DNA of 54,484 nt from Hydrurus foetidus (Eukaryota), in the NCBI GenBank assembly GCA_900617105.1, contig UYFQ01000172.1, positions 1-54,484 on the forward strand. The letters run 5' to 3'. This document shows positions 12,801 to 26,744 of this stretch, piece after piece (positions within the stretch are counted from its first letter, which is position 1; each line of letters starts with the position of its first letter). Made by a program: the position numbers and the translations under genes. The notes under the pieces are model-generated. The model did no database searches and had not been told where the DNA came from. It was given only the letters and a program-made list of their open reading frames with translations.

Positions 12801-15800
12801 CCAAAGGGTCCTAATTCTTCTTCTGTGTGGGGCAGTCCCCGAGCAGTGGGAGGTCCACACGGAGGGTTTGTGTTCGAAGACTCCCCTGGGGGGGAGATCA
12901 AAGATGATAGAATGTCCCCTGGCCCAGGGGGATTCCGAGATCTATCAGGTGAATGGGTGGGGATTGTGTGTGTATGTGTGTGTGTGGGGGAGGAGGGAGT
13001 TGGCTCATTGTGTGACACTTTGTGTTGATAATGTGATGGCATATGGATCTTTGCTATTGAGTGTGATGTCAAGGGCCGTGATTTAATTCATTTAAGATGT
13101 TGTTTTTAATCGGATACCAGTTCAATATGTAACCACACAACACGCAGCGTTTTTATGTCTGGCGTTCTGCTGGAAAAATGCTCACTGTGTCTGTCATAAA
13201 AGATGTCGTGTGTTGTCGTGCATTGTGCTGTATTACGCCGATAACCGACTCTTGCATTTCTCCACCGCATCATATCTTTCCTTGCCGCACAGCCTATCCA
13301 ACAACTCGCACCCCCTAAATCTCACATATCCCCACACCTCTAATCTATCCCATCTAGCGGTCACAAACATGGTTCGGAAGAACGATAACCACCGCATGCA
13401 GATGCAACTCGATCTGGACGAGACTGAGGCGTGTCACTACGAAGATCTGGCAAATGGGTTGCTAGAGAAAATAGGAAGAATAACGGAAGAGAGAGATGAT
13501 TTGCAGGTCCGTTAGAATGTGTTCGTGTGTGTGTTGGGGAGGGAGGGAGGGCGGAATGTGAGTGGAACGAAGTAAAAAGGGAAGTAAGGAAGGAAAGAGA
13601 AAGAGAAAGAGAATGTCATCATGCGTGTGTTGATTTACTTGGTTTTATTTTTTACGGTGGAATCTACAGGTCTAGGTTCTGTAAATAAACGCACATTCTT
13701 CTCATCCGGTTCCATTCCGTGCGATGTCAAGGCATCATAAACCCATCAACTACCTATCTATCTATCTATCTATCTATCTATCCATCTTTCTGTTTGCTCA
13801 TCTGTCCATCGATCCATCCATCCATCCATTCCCCTACACAACCCCATTCACTATATTCGTTATTTACCCTTGTATTTTTCTACGTAGATTTTGTTTGAGC
13901 AGGTGCAGAAAGAGAGAGAAGACCTACTCCTCTCCATCGAAGGACTCAAAGTGGAGGGTGCCGACAAGGACGAAGAGATGAGAAGAGCTTCAGCACTGTT
14001 GGACGACATGCAGGGCAAGATCGCAGAAAGGGATCTCATCATAGTCAGAATCAAGGTAGGCAATTGATTTATATTGAGTGGTGCAAAGTAGTGCATGCAA
14101 CGGGGGGTGTATTGATTTCATTCGACATTCTTCCTCGCTATCGCGGTGACGCTTTGAATCAAAACTTAATGTGCATGTCCAACATTCCCTTTTCGTATGC
14201 CCCCGCCCTCTTTTTCACTCCCTCTCTCTCCCTCCCTCCCTCCCCTTTTTACCATCTTCACCACAAACATATGCCACTCCCTACCCTTTATCTTACCCAT
14301 CTCCACGCCCCTTACACTGCCCCTGCTTCTCCTGCTTCAGGCTGAGAGAGACGAGGCAGTCGCTCTAATGGACAGCGAAGGAGCGAAGAACTATGAGTCA
14401 GACATTCCATCCATTGGGGACGAAGTTCTGCTGCAACAACTTCAACTCGCAGAAGAGAGACTTCAAGTGCGCACTACACTGATGACTATCATTTCCACTT
14501 GAGTTTTAGATTACATACTTGAGAATGATACATCTCTTAAATAACTGCAATTTAATCACGGTAGATTTTTTGTTGTATTACGCGTCTCTATTTTTTTTCT
14601 CATCTTTCTATTCTTTACTTCCTCATCACCCCCTACACTCCTAATTCTCCCTCTCCTATTTTCTCTCCCCTTTCTTCTCTTCTCCCCGATTTCTTTCTTT
14701 TCTTTCTTTCTCATTACGAATTGCTATTGATGATGAAGTCTTTATTCTTTAAGATCCAGACTTTGTTCCGAGGACTGCCTCAAAGCGGGTCAAGAGGAGT
14801 GGCTATGTGAGTGTTGCACTATGACGATGTATTTCACTTTCATACATGTTGGAGATGTAAATTCTTTTTTATTGATGATTATCTATTACTCTTTTTTTAG
14901 CTTTACTGTTGCTCATCATTTCTTCACTTCAATTTGACGCCTTCTCAGTCTTCCGTCAACCATACCTTTCACCTCCTTCTAAGTCGTGTACCTCCCCTAC
15001 TGTACTTCTACGCAAACACTCACAAACACACTCACACAAATAGACATGCACAAATTCTTGAGGAGGCACTAACACACTCTCTCTTGCTCACACTCACTAA
15101 CACCCATTTCCCCACAATTACACGTACCTGTCCCAGGCGCATGACTCACAAGGACAGCAGTTCAAACAAATCAGACAGAGACAGACCACCGATCTCCTCC
15201 ATTCCGTTCGACCTTGAAGAAGGCAGTGAAGAGACATGGGGTGCGTCAGAAAGCAAGGCTACTGGGTCCGGTAGAAAAAGTGAAAATGAGGGGATGAATG
15301 GAAGTGCACAGGGGAAAGGAAAGGAGAAGAACAGGGAGATAGAGAAGCAGGAGGAATCTGACGTTTTGAAGAAGCTGAGAGGAGTGGTTGAAGAGAGAGA
15401 GAAAGAGGTGAGATCACATACTTTTTTAGACTTGTGTTGACTTGACTGATCATTCTTTTTATCTTCTCACATCGTAGCTACTTCACGGAGCATTTAATTA
15501 ACACTTTTTAGTGCAGTCGCGTACTGTTTGTGTGCATGGTGCTCGTACGTCCGTATTCATTACCGTTACATTTTGTCCTATCAATCCCTTTCAGCTTTGA
15601 GAACTACCCTCTAATCTCGTTCCTTCATCTACCACACTTTACTTCACTTCACCTTATTAAACTATCTAACTCACACTCGCATGTACGTACGACGTATTTA
15701 CATATTTTCAGTTGCAAAGTCAATATGCCGACCTGTCTGCCATGCGCGTTATTTTGTCCGAAGAAAAAGATGCTAATAACCTACTAGAAAAACAAAAAAT

Positions 15801-17981
15801 GAGTTTGCGAGAAATGACGGTAAGAAGAGCTAGTTGTATTGACAACTGATTATCATGTTTTGTGGTGGATATCATCAATGAGAGTGCCTTGTAGCCACTG
15901 GTAAATGCCCCTGATTCCTTAATTAAGTTGCATTCACGACTTATATCCCGTCCCTTTATTTCCTGTATTTTCACTCAGTTATCTCCTTCAAGTATCATCA
16001 CTTCAGTCACCCAAACCTGTGACATGTCAACTCCTGTGCGCACCAATATCATCCTCTCCTCATTCTCTCGCACTCTCACCACAACTCACTCTTCCCCTCA
16101 CCATCACCCTCACTTTTCCACACACTCCCATTCCCACAACAACTACCTCATCTCCAACTTCAACTTCAACATAACATCAGGAGTCACTCAAATCTCGCTT
16201 GTTGGAAGTTGACGGAGAAATGGAGAAACTCGCAACAAGCGACAGAATCAACAAGTCCAAGGTCCTGGAAATCACCGATCTCCTCCGACTTGAAGTTGAG
16301 CGCAATGAAGAGAACGGACGCGCCATGGAGTGTCTTGAGGTACGTACTTATGAATGAGGATATGTGTGACATACATACTCATAAGGATATGTGTGTATAT
16401 ATGTATACACAAGGATGTGGGTGCGTGTATGTTTCTGTATGTACACGTACCAATACTACATTATTGTCATGTCTTCTGCATTGTCATGTCTGCTGTTTTG
16501 TCATGTCTTCCGTATTGTCATGTCTGCTGTTTTGTCATGTCTTCTGTTGTAGGGACTCTTGAGAAATGCGTCATTAACTGACGGATCATCTAGTGACGAA
16601 TCATTTAGTGATCATTCCTAACATGGCTTTATTACGCGCCAAGCTTTCTCAGATTTGATTTACTTCAATTTTTACTACCCCTGAACATTTTTATGCACCC
16701 ATTATTTAAATCTATCAATTTCATCTCCTTTGTCTGACCCGCCCATCGTCCCTCTCGCACATTCTAATGCACTTCCCCACACACTCTGAACATTCTTCTA
16801 ACTCCGCTACTCATTTTTGAGACGTGGCATCACTACGCGCCAAACTTTCTCAGATCTGGAACATATCACTTCTGACCATTTTTACCACTTCTACGCATCA
16901 TAATGTCCCTTCTTTTCGTCTTAATTTATCTACTTTGTCTGACCTACCCATTGTCTCTCTAGCAGATGCACAGGCACATATCTGCTCTCCTACATCATTC
17001 TCTAAAGTCTACTATACTTTCCTTCTACGCACTCATCACCTCACACTCACACTCGCTCACACTTGCACATTCACACGCACTTCCCAACAGGCTTTTTAAA
17101 TACGAATATCTTCACCACTCTTACTTCTAATTCACCAGTGAACCCACCCTCAAACTGACATTCACTCACACACTCATTTTCCAACTTTTCAACAGGCACT
17201 TCTACACACCTCCCAATCCGAAGCCAAACAACTGTACGACAAGATAGCTGATCAGAACGTAGACCTCCTTCGCCTTGAGAACGCAACGGAATCCCAGAAG
17301 TCCCAGGTCCACTCCCCAGCAGTCAACAAGGTTGATCAGGAAATATCCCTAAAGGTCAAGATATTGGAGAGTTTTAGAGACGAGTTGCAGATGGAGAATG
17401 ATAGGCTACTGACGAGGTGAGTATTTGTGGACCTGCATGTATTTTGGTGGACTGTGTAATGTGGTACAGTGCAGTGTAGTGTAGTGTAGTGTAGTATGGT
17501 GCTGTATTGTGCGGATTAGTATTGCCCAGTCTAGTGTAGTCTAGTGCAGCGATGAGGTGCAGAGTGGTCTAATGTAGACTAGAGTGTAACAGGGTTGTGC
17601 AGTATGACATTAATCTACGACTACCACATCATGATGATTTCTATCACTCACAACAGCTTCATATTTTTGCTATCCGCACTTACAGTTACAAGACCAAGGC
17701 AAATCGTGTCGAAGAACTGACAGAGGAAGCCACTTCCCTCAAGAATGAATTAGACGCGAAGGACTTCGATTTAGATCAATTAAGATCGAGATTAGATGCT
17801 GAATCAGCCGAAAAGGTTACTTCTCTTCTGCAATGAGATAGCCTTCGTGATTTCCACCTTTTTATGAACACATTCTAATGAGTGCGGATGTCTCTCTCAC
17901 TCTCTCTCTCTCTCTCACTCTCTCTCTCTCTCTCACTCTCTCTCACTCTCTCTCACTCTCTCTCTCTCACTCTCTCTCTCA

Positions 17982-18016
<35 letters not shown>

Positions 18017-19972
18017 CACGCACACTCTCTCTCATTCCCTCTTTCACACAGACTCACACCTCCCCCTCTTTTCCTCACTATCCTCACGTACGTCAGATTC
18101 GTTGCGAGCAACTGGAAGCAGATATCTTCAACTTACGAGAGATCTCCACACTGCAAGAGGCGAGATGCTCCGAACTCAATGCTCTGCTGGTGGACAGAGA
18201 TCAAACACTCGAGATAGCACAGGTCAGTGGTGAACAGTTTGGTTTTATTATTTTAATTACATCGATATGACGCATGGCGATATCAATACAGTTAGGACTT
18301 GATGTAGGTCGATACTTACTTCAACTCAACCCAACTCACATACGAAACATACACCGAAAAAATCCTCAAATCCTCAAATCCTCAAACGTCGACGTTACGT
18401 CGCTGTACCCAAGATCCACGAAATGAAACCTCAGAATCTGAGGTTTCGTTTTCAAGATTCCAGAAATCCTCAAATCCTCGGGGTAGAACTTGGGTGGAAT
18501 TATTTTGAACGTCGACATTTTGAGGATTTTTTCTCTGTATGTTTCGCATGTCATTCCTTGCCCATCCTCCCTTCTTTCCTTTATCTTTCCCTCTTTTTGT
18601 CCTTCTCTCCCCCCCTCTTCTCCTCCCTCTCTCTCCCCCCCCCCTTGACCTCCCTCTCGTTATCCTCCTCCCCTAACGCAACAACACATCTCGTACATGC
18701 AACCCCCATCTAACCCCTCCATCACCCCTCCCTGTCAGTCAATCCTAACGCACAATTATCACTCTTGATTCCGCAGGATGAGTCCAGGTTCCTCCGAGAC
18801 GTTCTGTCAAAGGTGGGAGAAAAAGACGAGTCTTCCGTCAAATTGCTCGTGGACGCGGAGGCGGAGAAAACTGTTCTGCAAGAGTCCATGCACAGAATGT
18901 CTGTGGAACTTCAAGTACGTATGTGTGTTCTTTTTCACTTGTTTGCATTTGCTGGGGTTTTGAATATTTGTTTTTATTCTTCAACATCGCTGCAGTGCAT
19001 TTCTTCTTTATCCATATTACTGCTTTACATCGTGTTTGTTTTTGTTCTAAAGTTGCAGCGAAAATACGGAATTTCTTATCTATTTTTAATCACTATCATC
19101 TAAAGTGTTGAAAAATTGTCCTATTCTATTTACTTTGTATTGCATGTTTAGAGATTGTACGACGTACATAAATACTAACAATCCTATCATCTAAAATATA
19201 CAGGCAAAGAGATTGGAGTTACAAGACAGTAAACTAGAAAAAGAAAAATTGCACAGAGCTGTGCTCGAAACAATCACAGAGGCTGAGGAGAAGGAACGTA
19301 CGTACGAACACAGTCGATTTTACCTCGAGAGTGAATTGGCGTTGAAAACGCTGCAACTATCCGGTGTTGAAGTGGACGTACGTTCCCATGTGAGCGTACT
19401 TACGCAGCGCTTAGAAGATGCTATGGGAGAGAAGTCTGTTGCGGAAGATGCGTTGAGAAAAGAAAGACAGGTGGCTGCGGAGTTGTCAAGGGAACAGACA
19501 CGTAAAGCCAGTGAACTAGCACAGGCACAGAGGTACGAGATGTTGGGAAATACTGCATGTTGTGCGCGCATACACATTTCGTATATTTTACTTCAAATGA
19601 CGTGAACATGCTTCGAGTTTTCTCACTTTGCTCATGTATATTTTTGATGCCGCTGTGCGCCTATGTAGTGGTACTGCGGTTTGTGTCTTCTGCATTTCTG
19701 TCAGGTCTATTTGGCCTGCTAGTCAATGGTCTTGAATAGAATGAACTCATGCATCCAACCGTGATAAAATCAAACATTACCATAATGCTCTACATTACGT
19801 TACACTTGAAAACACAACATGATGCACTCTTCATCGATGTGACATAACGCTACACTGCGTTTCCTAAAAATTCGCAAAATAAGTAGTGCAGCGCATTACA
19901 CTTTACTTCTTCGCACTGCACCATATGGTATTGACGACATGTAATCCCATAACACACGACTCCCCTCCGCAT

Positions 19973-20009
<37 letters not shown>

Positions 20010-23000
20010 TACCAGATACGTTACCACTCTAGTCGAAACTATCCAGTACTATTCCGGCCATTTCCAGCACCAAGAGGAACAGCTCTCTCGACATGTGTCA
20101 AGCTGGGTGGCTCAATGCGATGACAAGATTAAATCTTCCCTCGACAAACTGCACACTATCAAGAAAGCTGTGGCGCTGAGTACCACACCGTCCAGACCAG
20201 CTCCAAAGATCGAGGTGCGAGCTAGAGCTGAAATAGATTACTTTGTGCCTTATTTCAGTGCATTTTACATTCAAATCTGCACAATTTATTCCATTACAAA
20301 AAGCTACTTGCTTTATTACGAGATAATTGAAGGACGTGCGAATGTGAAGATATCGTGTCTATCCATTTCACAACAGTCACATATTGAGTGTATAAAGAAC
20401 AACGCAAGGGTCGTGTTTAATTTATTCATTTGTCGTTTTTGATCGGATACCAGCCCCCGACACAACAATACACAGAATTGGGGCGGTCCTCTGGGGGATT
20501 GTTTTTTTCAGTTATGAAAAATGCTGTGTGTTGTTGTGTGGGGGCCGGTACCCGATTAAGAACGATGAATGAATAAATTAAATACGACCTTTGAAGTACT
20601 CTCACCCAACAAATAAATTGATGTATCCTCTAATCAATTTACACATTGTCATATTACCTATTCTCATTTCTTTTTCTCTGATTATATTTTAGCAGGAGAG
20701 TTCCAGCGGAATGTCATTCGCTGTGCTGGAAGAGAAACTGTTCTTCACGCAGGTGAAAACTACGAAAACATTCTTGTTTTCGTACCTCATGATAGATGTG
20801 CCTTCTTAGTGTTCGGATTGAAACAGAAACAGAAACAGAAACAAATTGAATGTCTGCTTGTCCCTGGTATTTTTCCATCATTTTTCGCACTGTTTCTTCC
20901 ATTGCTATCCCAGCATCTCCACCTCTGCAACTAACTCCCTTCCTTCTTCCTCATCATAATTTGTTTTCATTTCTCTGTCACGATTTATCTTTGTTTTTCT
21001 CCTTCTTTCATCTACACTTTTCACTCATCCCTCGCACTCTTTTATCCGAAGGCTTCCCTGACGAGTACCATCAAGAACTCTGAGCAACTGGAACAAGAAC
21101 ACAAGAACTTGTGGCAGCAGGTAAACGTAATTTAAGTGTGCACGAAATTGTGTTCCACTTGTAGGATAAAATGTGTGATAGAAACCGTATAAAACCGTTT
21201 GTCCTTGACTTTCATGAGGAATTAAAGTGAGATATTTTATTATTACAAAGTTCTTAAACTATTCTCATCATACCTCTCCTTCCCCTTCTTACACTTCACC
21301 TCCTATTTCTCTTTTTGAAACCATTATCGACCTCCTGTCTAACCATCTGTACATCCGACTAAACTCTTTCCCAACCCCAACCTCCCTCCCCCTCCTACCC
21401 TCCCTCTCTCTCTCTCTCCCTTTTCTCACCATCACTTCTCTCTCCCTCCTCCCCTCCCCTCTTACCATCCCCCACCCCTCTCCCTCTATCACCGCAGCTG
21501 CAACAGTCTCTGAAAGATCAAGAGAGACTCGAGAAGGCGGTGAAGGAGTCACGCATGCGCAACTCCTCGCACAGAGACGGAGACAGCGTCAGGTACCGTA
21601 TAACTCAAAATCAAATTACATTACATTGTACCACATTGTGCCTCACCACTGCACATCACATCGTATCACATTACATTGTACCACATTGCACTATATCATA
21701 TCATACTCTATTATATTGAATCGCACTATATCACATCGTATCGGATGACATCACACTGTCACTGCTCCTCATTGACCCATACGTCCATTACCCTTACTTT
21801 CCATAACTCCGTCACCCTGATCTCTTTTCTGCACCACCCTCGTATATTAATTAGTATCGCATCATTGTTTCTCACTCAATCCCTTAATCACTAATGATGT
21901 CACAGGGAGAGAGATTCTGGATTTGTGACCCACGGTCCGGCTAGTATAGCTGGAGGGGACGATTTCAACAGACTGTCTGAGAGACTCATGCAGGTAATGA
22001 AAGAACTCCTCTCTTCTTCTCTCTTTTTCTCTACTCCACCCTACTCTCTTCTCTGCTCTACTCCACTCTTCTTCTCTCTTCTTCTCTACTCTCTTCTTCT
22101 CTCTTCTTCTCTGCTCTACTCTACTCTGCTCTACCGTGATCTCTACATGACTTTCCACCATAAATTTAACAGAGTTGAATTGATCCGCTAGTCTCGCACT
22201 GCATTGTCCGAGATAGTGGCTCAATTCAACACACACAAACACACTCACTCATACCACTCCACCCAACACTACACCATCCCACTCTCTATCAGGCCGAGAC
22301 CAGAGCAGTACAGATGTCTGCTATGAGCGCCAAGTCTTTCGCCCAATCTGCAAGGACAATCGCATATCTAGAGGGGGAGAACGGAAGACTGAAAACTATG
22401 CTGGATCATTTCAGGTACGTACGTGTGTGACGTGACTGAATATGTGTGACTTGATTTGTTGATGATCTTATTGCCGGTATTTCGCTGTCAGTCGAGTGGA
22501 TGCTTAGCGTCACTATCTAACAATTATATTGTTTGTCTGTTATCTCCCAAATTTACGACGCGATCCTTTTCTCTCCTGTACTCTTTAAAATTTAACACTT
22601 CTCCCCTATCGCATTTCACCTGATCAATCATGCCCTGCAGTCACCGCATCACACTACACTTTTGACGCAACAATTTTAATACTACCCTTCTACCGCTATA
22701 CTTTGACGCCACACTTTGCAGACTTGTGAATGACAAGATGATGAACGACATCCGCATCGCGAGAGAAGAAGGCATGAACCAGAAGTGCCTAGAGCATAGA
22801 CTGAAGCTCACAGCAGAGAGCGAAGTCGTTCTGCAAGGTGCGTCAATCAAATCCGCGTATGTATGTATGTGTGTGTATGTGTGTATGTATGTGTGTGTGT
22901 GTATGTGTGTGTGTGTGTGTATGTATGTGTGTGTATGTATGTGGTGTGTGTGTGTATGTATGTATGTGTATGTATGTGTGTATGTATGTGTGTGTATGTA

Positions 23001-26000
23001 TGTGTGTGTATGTATGTGTATGTGTGTATGTGGTATGTGTGTGTATGTATTGTATGTGTATTGCATGTGTGTGTATGTATGTGTATGTATGTGTGTATGT
23101 ATGTGTATGTATGTGTATTGTATGTATGTATGTGTGTGTATGTATGTATGTATGCATGTATGCGTATTACGTGATGTGTGTAATGTATGTACGAATGTAA
23201 AGGATGGCTAATGCAGTGGTACTTGAAAGTTTCGCGCAGAATACCTGCGACACCCTCAAACATCTCCCTCCGTTACCCCCCTCCCCCCCCCTCATCACCT
23301 TCCAATTATTGCTTTACCTCTCTTCACTGTATCACTTGCAACAGAGCGCCTACGCATCACGGAAAGCCAACTGAGAGCCAAAGAGAGAGACGCTATGCTC
23401 TCTCTACAACAGGTACGTACTGCACGTGCAGCACACAACACATGCGCACACGTGTGTCAAATAACGAGTAGAAGTAGATCACATGCTGGTAGAGAAATAC
23501 TTGTAACACCATGAGTTGCACGTTATAGTGTTGCATTCTTGACACTTTTAGAATCACTCACAGAAGATGTGTCACGTGAATATTTTGTTTGATTGAATCT
23601 GCGATATAATGCGATAGCATCTATTTCGATGCTGATTTATTTTATTTGATGCGATTTCATTATATTTAATGCAGATTCAAGAGCAAGGGGAGATAAGAGA
23701 AGGAGATATCATGGATGAGATGAACCGACTTACTGAGAAATCAAGAGTCCTAAATGAAAAATTTCTTACGTCTGGGAGAGAAATTAAAATCTTAAAAGAA
23801 ACAATTGAATTACAAAAGGAATCTCACCAATCAGAAAATAAAAAAATTCAAGAAAAATTAGAAATGACCGAAAATTCATTACAAGAACTCGGAACTAAAT
23901 TCCGTGAAAGTGAGCAAATGAACAAATCTCTCCGATCCGTTCTACGAGACAAAGAAGACGCAATTGCAGAGTCTGAAAATTTCCTGACACAAAAACAACA
24001 AGAACAGCTTTTACTCTCTGCTGAATTTTCACGGAAATCTTCTCACTTCACGGAAGACTCTTCAGAACAACTGGCAAGAATCAGAACACTCGAAACAGCC
24101 GCCGCTAAGATGCGGTAAGAATACGAACATTGAGAATGCACTTAGATTATTTAGGAGATGTTAAAGTTGTTTTCTGTGACGTCAATTTAAATGTTCACAA
24201 GTTAACGCATAAACAATTCCCAGTGTAACAACTTTTTCCCCACCTCTTTCTCTCCCTTTCTCTCTCTCTTTCTTTTCTCTCTATCTTTCTCTCCCTTTCT
24301 CTCTTTCTCTCCCCCTGACCCACCTGCACACTCTTCTCCATCCCTCTCCACACCCTTCTCCCTCTCCCTCTATCCAGCGGTCAAATCGCGGAGAGTGACG
24401 CTGCCAATCTGTTGAAGGACGAGCTGCTCGCGTCAGCCCTCGCAAAACAGGTACCTGTGCACTTACATGAGTCATCCCTCCTCCCTTCATATCTCCACCT
24501 AGGCTCTACGATACCTAACTGCGATTCCTCAACTGACTGATCATATCCTGTGAAGGTAGCTAAACCTCCCACATTTCTTTTCCTATACACACACACACCC
24601 ACACACTTTCTCTCAATCTCAATCTCTCTCTCTCTCCCCTTCTTTCTCTGCCACAGACACCCACCCACTCTCTCAACTTTTCTCTGTCTCTCTCACACTC
24701 ACTCTCTCCCTCCCCTCACTCACTCACGCACACCAGGTGACTGCTAACGATGAGTCTCGCTATATGAGAGGTCTGATCGAGTCACAGCAACTGGCCGCAC
24801 AGGCATCCCTGCAAGAGATCCTGGACCTTAAAACCAGAATCTCAGCGGGACTTCGAGATGCCAGCGAGATGTACGCACACTTTTTTGTTCGTATTACTTT
24901 GATGATGATATATGGGATTGGTGCCATGCAATCCCATGACGTCCGTATCAAGTAACTGTAATCCTACTGTGCAATTTGTTGTGTTGACTTTTGCTTCATT
25001 CAGAATCTCCTCCGTTTGTTGTTTTGTGTCTGTGTGGAGTATCCACAGTACTAACTCCCTTCCTCTCCCTTTCAACACCACATACGAACATATTGTTCTG
25101 ACATCATTATTCTGTAATCTTCTTTTTCCAGTGATGAGAAGTACGCGGCACTCAGCATCGCTCACAGCACAGCAGTCAAAGAGCTGGCTGCTACAACAGA
25201 AACCGTCAGGTACCGTACAGATTTCCCTCCATACTGTGCAGTGTCTCTCTCCCTCTATCTCTCTCTATCTCTATCTCTATCTCACTACCCCTCTCTCATC
25301 TCCATCCCTCTCTTCCTACACTCATCTTCTCACTCCCGACTCCCCACAACTACCCATCAACCCTTAGGGCAATGGAGGAGGAGATAGAAGTTGTCACATC
25401 AGAATTACGCGGGTGTACCGGGGAACTTCTGTCTTACCGCGAGTCTCTAGATTCGGCGGAGTTGCTGATCAACTCCTTACAGAGCGACTTGCAAGAGAGA
25501 AGAGCACAGGTGATGTGCTGATAATTAGTGTTTCATTAACACTGTGTGTGGGGTAATTGAATTTCTTTTTTGCACTGTAGGTTGCTTATGCGCTGCACTG
25601 TACTGTTAGTACGTTACTGTATTAGTACACGGGTCATCCATTTATCACTACTGCTTCCTGTACTTCTTCTCCTCGTCTATCCTATCTCCCTCCCTCCTAC
25701 TCGTCTCATCTCATTCCCTCTCTCCCCCTCTCTTCTCTCCTCTTCTCTTTCTTTCCTCTTCTCTCCTTGTCTGTCATTTTCTCCTCCTTCTCTCCTCTCA
25801 TTTTATCATTTCTACCCTAACACCTCTCAATGTCTCTCCCCTTCTCTCCTCCTCTCTTCTTTCTCTTTACCCAGGATCACGCACTACAAATCAAAACCGA
25901 ATCTTTCGAGGAGGAGAATTTCGTACTAAAACAATCCGTTCAGAATTTGAAGGAACGGTTAGCATCTGCAACAAGTGACGTACAAACGTTACAAGAAACG

Positions 26001-26359
26001 AAGAGCATGAATGAAGAAGAAAAAGAAATACATGTCAAAAAAGTCCGGGATTTGGAAATGACCATGATGCAGAGTGGAGGTACAGTACGATGTGATTCTA
26101 ATATTTGTATAGTACTTGTGGTGTATATTCATGTTCTACTCGTCTATTTTCGCACGAAGTCAGCATCACATCACTTCTACCATCTAATGATCCGCAATAA
26201 CTTCATTCATCTTTCTCTGATATACATATACAAATATGGATGCTTGTCATTTCTGATAGTGTAATTAAAATTGCGAATCTAATCACCCGACATGAGGATA
26301 AATCCACGTGCTCATATAATTTGCATTATTGCCTCCCGTATAAAAGTACACCTAATTTC

Positions 26360-26390
<31 letters not shown>

Positions 26391-26708
26391 TTTGTGTATT
26401 TATTTCAATGGCCATCTTTATTTCTTTAGACTTTTCCATTCTACTCCACACCTCATCGTCCAACAAACACACGTGAAACATCCTCATCCTAACACATCAC
26501 TGCACTCCTCGTACCCCAGGGCTTTTAGGGTCCTATCAAAGCGCTGAGTCAGAACTTGTCAAGGAAATCGAAAGGTCAGAGGAACTCGGACACTTTTCTA
26601 GAATCGACTTAATTACACTTCTACTCTCTATCCCACACTTGAACTCTCGATCCATACTTTCCTGACCTCCTATTCCTTTCTCTTCCAACTTCTCTATCAC
26701 TCTCTCTC

Positions 26709-26744
<36 letters not shown>

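Noticed and set aside
22641..23263. His/Thr- and Cys/Val-rich ORFs
   Set aside because: Translations of GT/GTAT microsatellite
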